A stretch of DNA of 64,000 nucleotides, taken from positions 1,280,001 through 1,344,000 of the forward strand of contig CAVXXK010000001.1 of the NCBI GenBank assembly GCA_963765675.1, read 5' to 3'. The notes under the pieces are model-generated. The model saw nothing but the letters and a program-made list of their open reading frames with translations. It did no database searches and was not told the origin of the DNA. Below are positions 1 through 9,465 of the stretch, in pieces. The translations under genes were made by a program, and so were the position numbers. Source of the DNA: an uncultured delta proteobacterium. GTDB taxonomy: Bacteria; Desulfobacterota; Binatia; Binatales; Binataceae. Each line of letters opens with the position of its first letter. Position 1 is the first letter of the stretch.

Positions 1-273
1 ATCGTTTCTGCCGGAACGGACCCGTTGGCGGTGCCGGATGCGATCGTCGCAGAGATCCGCCGCCGCGGAATTGACGATGTCGTCGAAATTGCCGAACGTC
101 CGTTCGACAGCGGCCAGCGCGTAACAGTCGTCGACGGACCGTTTCGCGGTTTCGAGGCGGTCTTCGACCGCTATCTTTCCGGCGCCGAACGGGTCGCCAT
201 TCTGCTGAGCGCGATCGAGTCCAACGGATTGCGCGTCGTCTTGCCGGCCTCCGCAGTCGCCAAATCAACCTGA
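1..273 (+). CDS. NusG/RfaH/UpxY-family transcription antiterminator, C-terminal part (5' truncated by window)
   Basis: Frame is open from base 1; KOW motif GQRVTVVDGPFRGFEAVFDRYLSGAERVAILL; sits at the head of a polysaccharide locus. Confidence 0.85.
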   Translation: MVSAGTDPLAVPDAIVAEIRRRGIDDVVEIAERPFDSGQRVTVVDGPFRGFEAVFDRYLSGAERVAILLSAIESNGLRVVLPASAVAKST

Positions 274-321
274 GCCGAGCACGCTCTGCGGCGAAATCCG
301 CGCGTGTGCGGCGAGTATCGG

Positions 322-951
322 ATGAACCAGCCTGCAGCATCGCGATCGCACGCACGAACAGCGACAGCAGCGCTGGCAATCGTCTTCCTTGCGATGGCGG
401 CAATGCTCGGCGGATGCGCTGGTTCGAACTCGCCTTACGATATGTCGACCTGGCTCGACCTGGGTAAGCCAAACCTGACTTCATTTCTAGGGGTGGAATT
501 CGGATCGTCGCTCGACCGCGTGCGCGAGGAACTTCCCGACGGTGACTTCGAGACCAGCCCCTACGGCGCCAACGCGTGGAGGGTCGGGAGCGTCGAATCC
601 GGAGGGGTGCGCTACAGCTCCGTGGTCTTCGAGTTCACTGACAATACCGGGATGCAGATGGCGATCGCTGAGTTTGCTCCCGGAGACGGCCCCGCGGTGC
701 TCTCCCAGCTAAAACGTGCTCTCGGCGAGCCTGCGGCCCTGCGCTCAGGCACGCCCGGCTCGAGCGCTCAGGTGGCCGCGCCGGGGGCTCATCTTGGCGC
801 CGATGACATGATCGCGAATTGGGACCTGCCGCACAACGAGAAGGTGACGTTCAACGGCCCGAGTCAGCAGGTCGAGATGCTGGGGCCGGCCGGATCACCG
901 TTGCGGCATGATTTGGTTATGCGGCGGGAAGAGAACCAGGGAACCGAATGA
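322..951 (+). CDS. Hypothetical lipoprotein
   Basis: Hydrophobic signal ending in lipobox LGG-C; ATG at 322. Confidence 0.7.
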   Translation: MNQPAASRSHARTATAALAIVFLAMAAMLGGCAGSNSPYDMSTWLDLGKPNLTSFLGVEFGSSLDRVREELPDGDFETSPYGANAWRVGSVESGGVRYSSVVFEFTDNTGMQMAIAEFAPGDGPAVLSQLKRALGEPAALRSGTPGSSAQVAAPGAHLGADDMIANWDLPHNEKVTFNGPSQQVEMLGPAGSPLRHDLVMRREENQGTE

Positions 952-1342
952 ACCTCGAGCGCCGTCGCATTCGTCGGGTACAGAAAGCCCCCGCCTTGAA
1001 CCTGCGTAAGATAGCGTATTAAATCCAGCCGTACAGACTAGGAAAAGCAGGATTCCTCGGGCAGCATAGGCTTGCTCAGCGGTCGATGACCGAGGAGACT
1101 TGAGCGCCAGAATTCCGCATGCTCGGACACAATGCTGCTTGTCGTAACCATTTAAGAAATGAATGGGATGGCGGACGCTTGCTGACTTCACAAGTTCGGC
1201 CTGAGAATCGCGATGGTGACGATCTTGTTCTTAAATTGTCTACTTTTCTTCCTTTCTGTGGATTTTCCGCTATGATAGCCCACGCTGGTTCTCGGACGCG
1301 CGTGTAGGTCGGCGGGGGTTGCGCTTCTCGCGTGAGATCTCA

Positions 1343-4306
1343 ATGATGCGGTCGGTCCGCAAATATAATCCTTTACAATCTCGTTCAGCGATTGTTTCCA
1401 TTTTTGCAGCTGCGATGCTGCTCTTTTGGACCCCGCGCATCCTTCGCGCCGCTGGACTTGACGGTGGCTCCACTCTGTCCGGTTCATCTCGGGACGAAAA
1501 CGGATCACCTTCCGCATACGGACAAACCTCTCCCGACAACAGCAGTGGTGGCTCAGGCTATACTCAATGTTTCAAGCTCGACGATCCGAACGCCGATGCC
1601 AAGGCGGCGGCTGGAATGTCGCCGTGCGCGCCCGCGCCAGGCTCCAGCGCGGAAACGCTGGATTCCGGGTCCGCGCCGTCCGCGAGCGCGTCGCAGGGAG
1701 GTAACGCGCCGCCCGGAGGATTGCCGGGATTTGGCAACTCTGTAAACAAACAGTCAGTCGGCGAGATGATGCAGAAGCTCGGCATCTCATCCGACGAAGT
1801 TGGAGAGCTACGGAGCCGGATGTCGAGCGGCGGACTCAGCCCAGACGATATCCAGGAACTCTGTCTTCATTTTGCTTCCAAGCAACTCGGTCCCGCCGAC
1901 GTTCAAGGAATCCTGACCGGCATGGGTCTCGACTTCACCCAGGCGCAGATCGAACAGCTCAAGAGTTGCACCCAACTTGCACTGCCCCAGTCGAGTCCAT
2001 CGACCACCGGCGCATCGGCGGGCCAGACCCCGTTGGAAGTATCCTCGATTGAGCGAACCTTTCGCGGCCTGGATTCCGGCGCGACTCCGCAGGCTCCAAG
2101 CACGAACGACTTGACCCAGTTCGGTTACTCGCTGTTCTCGGCGCAGATGGCGAGCGCCAGCAGCTCTGATATCCCGCTCGGCAACAACTACATGATTGGT
2201 CCCGGTGACGAGATTCGGGTGCTTATCTGGGGCCGGATCAATAATACGCTGACCCTTACCGTGGGCCGCGATGGATCGATCGTGATTCCGCAGATCGGTC
2301 CGCTTCAGGTCGCCGGCCTGAGCTTCGACCAGGCCAAAAAACTTATCGAGGATCGTGCCGGCCAGATAACCGGCGTGAAGGTTGATGTAACGATGGGGCG
2401 GCTGCGCTCGATCCAGGTATTCGTGGTTGGCGAAGTCGCCAAGCCCGGCGCCTACTCGGTCAGCGCGCTGTCGCATGTGTCCAACGCGCTCGAAGCGGCG
2501 GGAGGAATCACCAAGATCGGCAGCTTGCGCAGAATCGAGTTGCGCCACGGCAATCAGGCCTCGAGCGTTATAGATCTCTACGGACTCCTGCTGGACGGGC
2601 GTATCCCAGGGGACGATCAGTTGCAGCCTGGTGATGTGGTTTTCGTGCCCGTGATCGGTCCGGTCGCGGGCGTCGCCGGCGACGTCAAGCGTCCTGCTAT
2701 CTACGAGCTCGCCGGGCAGTCCGAATCGATCTCGAATCTGATCAAACTGGCGGGTGGAATCAGCGCCTTCGGATACTCGCAGCGGGTGCAGCTCGAACGG
2801 GTCGAGAATCACACGCAGCGAATCGCGCTCGATGTCGACCTGGGCGAAATCCGCTCCGCGCGTTTCGTGGTCCACGACGGCGATCTGATTAAGGTCTATC
2901 CGGTGCTGCCCGCCGAGCATGACATCGTCGTGATCCGCGGCAACGTCAATCGTCCCGGCAAGTACCAGTGGCATCCGGGGATGAGGGTGTCCGATTTGAT
3001 CGCTTCGGCAGAGGGCGTCGCGCCGCACACTTTTTTCAAGTACGCGTTGGTTCGGCGCAAGGAAGGCAAGGCTCGCACCGTGCGCCTGGTCGCGGTGGAT
3101 CTCGGCGACGCGCTTTCCGATCAGGCCTCCAGTGCCGGCGATATCGCGCTTCAGCAGGAAGACGACCTGACTGTCTACAGCGAATCGCAGATGAAATATC
3201 TGCCGACCGTCGAGGTGATGGGTGAAGTTCGTAACCCCGGCTATTACGTGCTGAGCCAGGGGATGCACGTAAGCGACCTGCTCTACCTGGCCGGCGGACT
3301 CAAGGACGATGCGTATCAAAAGCAGGCTGAGCTTGCGCGCACCCAGGTCGTCAACGGCTCTCACACCAGCCATACATTTATCGACGTTGATTTGCGCTCG
3401 GCGCTCAGCGGGGTTGACGAACATAACCCCGTGCTCGAGGCGAACGATCAGCTCTTCGTGCGCAAAGCCACCGATTGGCATCTGCCCTGGGTGGTTTACG
3501 TGCGCGGCCGAGTCGCGCGCCCGGGTCCGTACACGGTTCACGAGGGCGAACGAATCGCCTCGGTGCTCGAGCGGGCCGGCGGCCTGATGCCGGACGCGTA
3601 TCTGCCCGCGGCGATTCTGATACGCCAGTCAGTGAAAGAGCTGCAGCAGGAGCGCCTGGATCAGGCGCGCAACCGTCTGCGCGAGGCGATTGCACGCGCG
3701 CAAATTACTCCGACCATCGCTTCCGCTGCCTCGCCCACGACTCCCGGTCAGACCAATGAAAACGCGCAGGGCCTGACGATGCTCCAGCAGGTGCTGCAAC
3801 AATCCGAGGGGCAACAGGCGCAGGGCAGGCTTGTGATTCATCTCAAGCCGCTCGATGAGCTCGCCAACTCGCCCGACAATATCGCGATGATTGATCAGGA
3901 TGTCCTTACGATTCCGCGCCGTCCTTCCGATGTGAATGTCCTGGGCGAGGTTTACAGCCCCAACGCGGTGGTCTGGAGTCCGGGGCTCTCGGTGCGCGAT
4001 TGCCTGAACATGGCGGGTGGTCCAACCGAAGGCGCGGACGCGGACCATACGATGGTCATCAAGGCGGACGGATCAGTCTGGACCGACGAGGGTATCAAGC
4101 AGAGCAAGCGCTCGACGATGTTTCCGCTGTTGCCAGTCATCTCAGGCGGGCTGATGAATTCCAAGGTTTCGCCCGGCGATACGATCTATGTGCCGGAGCA
4201 GCTCATTTACACGAGCAAGCTCCAGTATGCGTCGACAATTACGAGCATCATCGCGCAGTCGTTGAGCGGACTGGCGATTGTGGGAATTCTGGCGGCGTCA
4301 CTTTAG
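1343..4306 (+). CDS. Polysaccharide export protein, Poly_export plus multiple SLBB domains (KpsD/OtnA/Wza-like OPX)
   Basis: YMIGPGDEIRVLIWG...DGSIVIPQIGPLQVAGL; repeated GEVxxPGxY SLBB motifs; C-terminal amphipathic helix; start approximate. Confidence 0.92.
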   Translation: MMRSVRKYNPLQSRSAIVSIFAAAMLLFWTPRILRAAGLDGGSTLSGSSRDENGSPSAYGQTSPDNSSGGSGYTQCFKLDDPNADAKAAAGMSPCAPAPGSSAETLDSGSAPSASASQGGNAPPGGLPGFGNSVNKQSVGEMMQKLGISSDEVGELRSRMSSGGLSPDDIQELCLHFASKQLGPADVQGILTGMGLDFTQAQIEQLKSCTQLALPQSSPSTTGASAGQTPLEVSSIERTFRGLDSGATPQAPSTNDLTQFGYSLFSAQMASASSSDIPLGNNYMIGPGDEIRVLIWGRINNTLTLTVGRDGSIVIPQIGPLQVAGLSFDQAKKLIEDRAGQITGVKVDVTMGRLRSIQVFVVGEVAKPGAYSVSALSHVSNALEAAGGITKIGSLRRIELRHGNQASSVIDLYGLLLDGRIPGDDQLQPGDVVFVPVIGPVAGVAGDVKRPAIYELAGQSESISNLIKLAGGISAFGYSQRVQLERVENHTQRIALDVDLGEIRSARFVVHDGDLIKVYPVLPAEHDIVVIRGNVNRPGKYQWHPGMRVSDLIASAEGVAPHTFFKYALVRRKEGKARTVRLVAVDLGDALSDQASSAGDIALQQEDDLTVYSESQMKYLPTVEVMGEVRNPGYYVLSQGMHVSDLLYLAGGLKDDAYQKQAELARTQVVNGSHTSHTFIDVDLRSALSGVDEHNPVLEANDQLFVRKATDWHLPWVVYVRGRVARPGPYTVHEGERIASVLERAGGLMPDAYLPAAILIRQSVKELQQERLDQARNRLREAIARAQITPTIASAASPTTPGQTNENAQGLTMLQQVLQQSEGQQAQGRLVIHLKPLDELANSPDNIAMIDQDVLTIPRRPSDVNVLGEVYSPNAVVWSPGLSVRDCLNMAGGPTEGADADHTMVIKADGSVWTDEGIKQSKRSTMFPLLPVISGGLMNSKVSPGDTIYVPEQLIYTSKLQYASTITSIIAQSLSGLAIVGILAASL

Positions 4307-4377
4307 CGTAGTCGCTCGCGTGCGGGGGCGGGGCGCCCCGTGCGAAAAGTTCACCGAGCGATCCGGGGGAAGAGAGC

Positions 4378-5160
4378 GTGCGGAACTGGGGTGGGAGTGT
4401 GCTGGTAGCGGCGGCGGTTATTTTCACAACCGTGGCGCCGGTGCGCGCGCGCTCGGCAGCCGCTCGCGCCAAGTCGGACGTCGAACCAAGGATTTCCCGC
4501 CAGGATTCCGAGCGTCTGATTCGCGCGGTGGCGCGAATGTACGATCTCGATCCGAGCCTGCTGGCTGCGATTGCGCGCGTGGAATCGGGCGGCAATCCGG
4601 AGGCGATCTCGCCCAAGGGCGCCGAAGGCATGATGCAGTTGATGCCGGCGACCGCGATCCGGTTCGGTGTGCTCGACCCCTTCGATCCAGTCGGCAACGT
4701 GCTCGGCGCTGCGCGCTTCCTGGCCTTCCTTCGCGCCTATCATCCACGCAGCGACGGTGCCGCACCGAGCGTGATGACGCTGGCCGAGATGCTGGCGGCG
4801 TACAACGCCGGCGAAGGCGCGGTCGACAAGTACCGGGGTATTCCACCCTATGCTGAGACCCAGCAGTACGTCCGCCGCGTGTTGATCGCATATCTGCTTG
4901 GCGATGATCGCGGACCGCTGGCCGAGAAGCTGCGCGCCAGCACCGCCGCGCCGCGCGCCGACCCGTCCACTGCAAATCCCGCGCATCGCCCACCTGCGGC
5001 GCACTCGGAGTCTTTCGCGCAGGAGCCGCCGGACGCGCTCGCCAAGCTCGGTGAGATTCGAGCGGAACGCAGCGCCCAGATCGATCGTGAGAGCCATCCA
5101 ATCGGCGCAAGCCAGGGAATTGCGGGGTCCGCAGCCCTACAGGATGGCGGCGCGAAATGA
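4378..5160 (+). CDS. Lytic transglycosylase (SLT domain)
   Basis: AIARVESGGNPEAISPKGAEGMMQLMPATA, AAYNAGEGAV, PPYAETQQYV. Confidence 0.93.
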   Translation: MRNWGGSVLVAAAVIFTTVAPVRARSAAARAKSDVEPRISRQDSERLIRAVARMYDLDPSLLAAIARVESGGNPEAISPKGAEGMMQLMPATAIRFGVLDPFDPVGNVLGAARFLAFLRAYHPRSDGAAPSVMTLAEMLAAYNAGEGAVDKYRGIPPYAETQQYVRRVLIAYLLGDDRGPLAEKLRASTAAPRADPSTANPAHRPPAAHSESFAQEPPDALAKLGEIRAERSAQIDRESHPIGASQGIAGSAALQDGGAK

Positions 5161-6818
5161 ATCGCCGAGGTATCATTCGCGCCGCACTGGCGATGGCCGT
5201 GCTCGTTGCCGTCGCTGTCACGATGCGTCCGTCACCTGCGCGAGCTTCCACCTACGCGGTTTACATCCCGCTCGACAGCTCGATCTATCGCGCGCTCGAT
5301 ACGCTCAACGGCCTGGGCCTGCTCGATAGCTACATCTCCTACATCAAGCCGATCTCGCGCGTGGAGGCGGCGCGGCTGACGCTCGAGGCGGAATCCAATC
5401 TCGACGAGCGCGCGGCCAACCCGCTGGCGCATCAACTTGTCCACGTGTTGCGGGCGGAGCTGCGCGAAGAAGTTGACTGGCTCGAGAAGGACAAGGAAGA
5501 CAATCTGCCTACGATGGTGCATCCGGTCGAGCGCCTCGAAGCACAGTACGTTTACTCGGGCGGCCAGCGGCGCTCATTCACCAGCACTACCGGGTCAGGC
5601 ATCAATTACACTGAAGGCACTCCGCTGCTCTCCGACAACGACAATCTCGATACGGCGTCGGGCAGCAACGAGGTTGCCAGATGGTCCGGATGGACCGGCC
5701 TGGGTGGCTTTATCACGGGTTACGGCGAAGGCGCGATCGCGGGTCCCCTGTCGAAGAGTACGAACGGCGTCGGCCGCGCGCAGTTGCTGACCGGCGCCGC
5801 GGTGGTATCAATCGGCAACACCGCGATCTCATTTGGGCAGGAGGAGATGAGTTGGGGGATTGGATGGTCCAGCCAGCTTGCGCAAAGTGCCAACGCCAAA
5901 CCGTTCCCCGCATTGCGCATGCAGAATATCCATCCGAGCCATCTGCCCTGGATTTTCCGTTATCTCGGTCTCATGCGCTATCAGGTGGTGTTCGGCCAGC
6001 TCGACGCAGATCGAATCTACTCACGTCCGTGGCTGAGCGAGCAGGCGATAAGTTTCAAGCCGCTGCCGTGGTTCGAGTGGGGCATCAATCACGCAATCAT
6101 GTTCGGCGGCGCCGGCAACAGCAACTACGGTCTGGGCGGATTTCTCGGCTGCGCGACTGGAATCGCGACCGGCAGCTCCAGCACCGCGAACACCAACTCA
6201 CGTTTTGGCCTCTACACCAAGTTTTACATCCCGCAGCTGCGTAACTCGCAAATTTACGCCGAGATGCTGAACGAAGACTTCTACTCACCGCTCGGCCATA
6301 ACAGCTTTTTCAAGCTGCCGTTCAAGGCACCGTCGTATACCTTCGGCGCATATTTCCCGCAGGTCACCGCCGACGGCCTGACCGACGCGGGCGCCGAATA
6401 CACGCTCCTCGACAACGACTACTCGACCCATAGCGACAGCCTTTACTGGACCTATCAGAATGCATTGATGGGTGATCCGCTCGGGCCCGGCGCATGGCAC
6501 GTCAACGCCAAGGTCGGGCGATGGTTCGATTACGAAAACAAGCTTACCGGGGAATTCTTCTTTGAGCGCCGCTCCGACACGTCATTCGTTCCGGTCACGA
6601 TGGGAACCTACAACGAGAGTGGTTTCGGCGGTGCGCTCGACATCTTCCACATGCCCTTCGAGATCAGGCCGCTTGGCGATTCGCTGGGCGAGATGCAGGC
6701 GCGCACCGCAGTCGAGTATGTCGAGGGCATCAACTACTCGAATCATAGCTCCGTGCGCACGATGCTTCAGTTGACTTTCGGTCTCACGCCCGCAATGTCG
6801 AGCCTCGAATGGAAGTAG
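5157..6818 (+). CDS. Capsule assembly Wzi-family outer-membrane beta-barrel
   Basis: Signal peptide, KPISRVEAARL, SANAKPFP, FKPLPWFEWG, MFGG motifs; locus context. Confidence 0.8.
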   Translation: MNRRGIIRAALAMAVLVAVAVTMRPSPARASTYAVYIPLDSSIYRALDTLNGLGLLDSYISYIKPISRVEAARLTLEAESNLDERAANPLAHQLVHVLRAELREEVDWLEKDKEDNLPTMVHPVERLEAQYVYSGGQRRSFTSTTGSGINYTEGTPLLSDNDNLDTASGSNEVARWSGWTGLGGFITGYGEGAIAGPLSKSTNGVGRAQLLTGAAVVSIGNTAISFGQEEMSWGIGWSSQLAQSANAKPFPALRMQNIHPSHLPWIFRYLGLMRYQVVFGQLDADRIYSRPWLSEQAISFKPLPWFEWGINHAIMFGGAGNSNYGLGGFLGCATGIATGSSSTANTNSRFGLYTKFYIPQLRNSQIYAEMLNEDFYSPLGHNSFFKLPFKAPSYTFGAYFPQVTADGLTDAGAEYTLLDNDYSTHSDSLYWTYQNALMGDPLGPGAWHVNAKVGRWFDYENKLTGEFFFERRSDTSFVPVTMGTYNESGFGGALDIFHMPFEIRPLGDSLGEMQARTAVEYVEGINYSNHSSVRTMLQLTFGLTPAMSSLEWK

Positions 6819-6843
6819 GCGGGCGCACGAAACGGTTTGCGAA

Positions 6844-7902
6844 ATGACGCCCGGGCTTGAAAATGGCTATGGCGGCGGTGCGTCCGCCGCGCCTCCCGGA
6901 CGCAACGGCGCAGCCGCGCCGACGCAGCTTTCGGAGGGACAGTTCGCGATCCTCGAAGTTGTGCGGATTGCGCGGCTGCTGCTGCGCCGGGCGGTCCTGA
7001 TCGTCGCGGTCACCCTTGCAGTCGGCGGCTACGTCGGGATCCGCGACAAATTTTTTTCGGTCAGATGGTACCGCGCACAGGCGCTCATCACTCCGGTATC
7101 GCCCGACGCGACCCTGGCCAGCTCGGTCGGTGAAGGAACCTCGACCGGCGTGGGCGGGATGAGCGGGCTTGCGGAGATGTTCAGTCTCGGCGGTGAGAGC
7201 GACAACGTCACCATCTCCGAACGCTACATCGCGATCATGAACAGCTATGCGTTCACGATCGATCTCATTAACCGTTATCATCTCGATCGCAAGATCCTGA
7301 CAACCCACACCGGTCACGTTCCGCACCTGTCGCCGTGGAAGATGCACGAAGAAATAGTTGGATGTTTCCAGACCGACTATGACTACCGCAGCGGCAACCT
7401 GACGCTGTATTTTATGGACCCCAGCCCGGCCGAGGCGAAGTCGATTCTTGAAGACTATTTGTCCCTGCTCCGCGACAAAGTCCGCACCGAGGAAGTGCAG
7501 GCCGCGTCGTCCGCGGTCGCGTCGCTGCAGGACGAGATTCGCGATACCTCGGACGCGCTGTTGCAAAATCAGCTCTACGAGCTGGTAGCGCGGCAAATCC
7601 AGCGCGAGAAAATCGCGCAGGTGCAGGCCGACTTTGCGTTCAAGGTGATCGAGCCCCCGGTCGTGCCCGACAACTATTACGCTCCACAGGCGCGGCGCAA
7701 CGCGACCATCGCCGCCGTGATCACGTTCCTGCTGATGTGCGTCGGTACTCTGGCGTGGGATTTCGTCGTCCGCGCCCGCGCGCAATTCGCCGCACTCGAG
7801 CGCGCTAAGTATCCGCCGCAGCCTCCCGCATCGGTTCAGGTGCCGTCCCGTCTTCCGCTCGATCCGCTTAATCCGGAGCCGCCGCCTCGGGAAGCCCACT
7901 GA
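6844..7902 (+). CDS. Wzz-type polysaccharide co-polymerase / chain-length determinant
   Basis: Two TM segments flanking a coiled coil; FKVIEPPVVP Pro-rich motif; no kinase domain. Confidence 0.85.
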   Translation: MTPGLENGYGGGASAAPPGRNGAAAPTQLSEGQFAILEVVRIARLLLRRAVLIVAVTLAVGGYVGIRDKFFSVRWYRAQALITPVSPDATLASSVGEGTSTGVGGMSGLAEMFSLGGESDNVTISERYIAIMNSYAFTIDLINRYHLDRKILTTHTGHVPHLSPWKMHEEIVGCFQTDYDYRSGNLTLYFMDPSPAEAKSILEDYLSLLRDKVRTEEVQAASSAVASLQDEIRDTSDALLQNQLYELVARQIQREKIAQVQADFAFKVIEPPVVPDNYYAPQARRNATIAAVITFLLMCVGTLAWDFVVRARAQFAALERAKYPPQPPASVQVPSRLPLDPLNPEPPPREAH

Positions 7903-7966
7903 CTTTACACTGTGTGACGCTGAAGTGACTGGCGCGTGTAATCTTCGCGCGCCACGGATTTGAAAC

Positions 7967-9244
7967 TTGAGCGCTGGATTCGACACAGCGATCGATTCTT
8001 CAGTACAAGCTCGGCGTCGCGACGCCGCGTCCGGCTTCAGGCGCGTGTTCGTGCGCCTGCAGGTCCGCCTTGCACTCGCACTCAAGACGATCGCAAACCT
8101 GGTGCTCGTGCTGCTCCGGCGATGCCTCTGGCAAGGTTTGCGTCCGTCTGTGCCCGGCCGCGTGTGCATCTACAGGATCGGCAATCTAGGCGATGTTGCA
8201 TGTGCGATTCCGGCGATGCGCGCAATCCGGCTCGCTTTTCCCCGCGCTCATCTGACGCTCGTCACTTCGCCGGGCCGCAGCGGAATGCCGGGCGCCGCGG
8301 AGCTGCTGCGCGGCGTCACCTGGCTCGACGAGATTGTCGTCTACCATTCTAATGATGTCGCTGGTCCCCGCGCGCAACTGCGATGGGTATCCGCGATGCG
8401 CGCGCGGAAGTTCGACGCGTGGATCGAGCTGCCACCCGTCGACGCGCCGCTCAGGATGCTGTTTCGCAACATGTTTGCCGCATGGATGAGCGGAGCGAGT
8501 TGGGGCTTCGGCTGGCGCTACGATCGGATGCGACTATTTGCGCGGGCGCAATCGGAGCTTGTCGAGTTCCCGAACGAAACCGCGCGGCTCGCCGCCCTTC
8601 TCGCGACCGCCGGCTTCGCAGCTCCAGCGGCGCAGAGCCCGTTGGAGAATTCTCCAGTTGAAACATCGGACGCAGAACGCGCGGCTGTCGATCAGATTCT
8701 TGCCGAGATGGGATGGGCCGGAGGCGCATCACTCGTTGCGCTAGCGCCGGGCGCAAAAGCGCGGGCAAATCGATGGCCTATCGAGCGCTTCATCGAGGTC
8801 GGCCGCGAGCTTGCCACGCGCGGAATCTACGTTGTGGTCCTGGGAGGAGCGAACGAAGCGGGGCTGTGTGAAACGATAGCGACCGCTATCGGCAGCGATG
8901 CACGCAGCCTGGCCGGGAGAACCACCGTGCGCGAATCCTGCGAGGTTCTTGGACGCTGCGCCCTCTTAGTCTGTAACGACTCAGGGGTACAGCACCTAGC
9001 CTCCTTGGTCGGCACGCCCTGCGTATCGATCTTCTCATGCCGCGAATTTCCCGGAAGATGGTTTCCGGCGGCCAAGCGCAGCGTCGTGCTCCAAAAGTGG
9101 GTGCCGTGTCACACCTGCTATCTCACCGAGTGCCCGTACAACAACCGCTGTGTTAACTTGGTGACGGGAGCCGAGGTTGCTGCCGCGGCGGCGGACATCC
9201 TGGATTCTGTGGCCGGTTCCGGCTCGGTACCAACACTGCCATGA
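7967..9244 (+). CDS. Glycosyltransferase family 9 (heptosyltransferase-like)
   Basis: IGNLGDVACAIPAMRAIR, LAPGAKARANRWPIERF, CNDSGVQHLA, C-terminal Cys motif. Confidence 0.9.
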   Translation: MSAGFDTAIDSSVQARRRDAASGFRRVFVRLQVRLALALKTIANLVLVLLRRCLWQGLRPSVPGRVCIYRIGNLGDVACAIPAMRAIRLAFPRAHLTLVTSPGRSGMPGAAELLRGVTWLDEIVVYHSNDVAGPRAQLRWVSAMRARKFDAWIELPPVDAPLRMLFRNMFAAWMSGASWGFGWRYDRMRLFARAQSELVEFPNETARLAALLATAGFAAPAAQSPLENSPVETSDAERAAVDQILAEMGWAGGASLVALAPGAKARANRWPIERFIEVGRELATRGIYVVVLGGANEAGLCETIATAIGSDARSLAGRTTVRESCEVLGRCALLVCNDSGVQHLASLVGTPCVSIFSCREFPGRWFPAAKRSVVLQKWVPCHTCYLTECPYNNRCVNLVTGAEVAAAAADILDSVAGSGSVPTLP

Positions 9245-9462
9245 CCGCGCTCAACTGGTCCGGCATTAGCAATCAGTCCGTAGTGGGCGACACTTTGCGC
9301 CGCGCTCGCCCAATCGTGTTCGTCGCGCTTCATTCCCACAATCAAAAGCAGTTGTGCGCCGAGCTTCTGCACGCCGCCAACTACGATTTGTACGACATGG
9401 CCGGTATTCCGATCGCGGGTGTCCCTGCGGCCGATGAAATTTATGCGACTCCCGCCTGGTAA
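9241..9462 (+). pseudogene. Remnant resembling the C-terminus of an FkbM methyltransferase
   Basis: TLRRARPIVFVALH...LLHAANYDLY parallels PRAIVVEVH...LLTGAGYRV of the intact FkbM at 12003; no SAM-binding motif. Confidence 0.45.
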
Positions 9463-9465
9463 TCG

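Noticed and set aside
1808-3541. Long antisense ORFs (also 6784-8169, 38493-39833, 60784-62073 and others)
   Set aside because: Shadows of well-supported genes on the opposite strand in GC-rich DNA; no motifs
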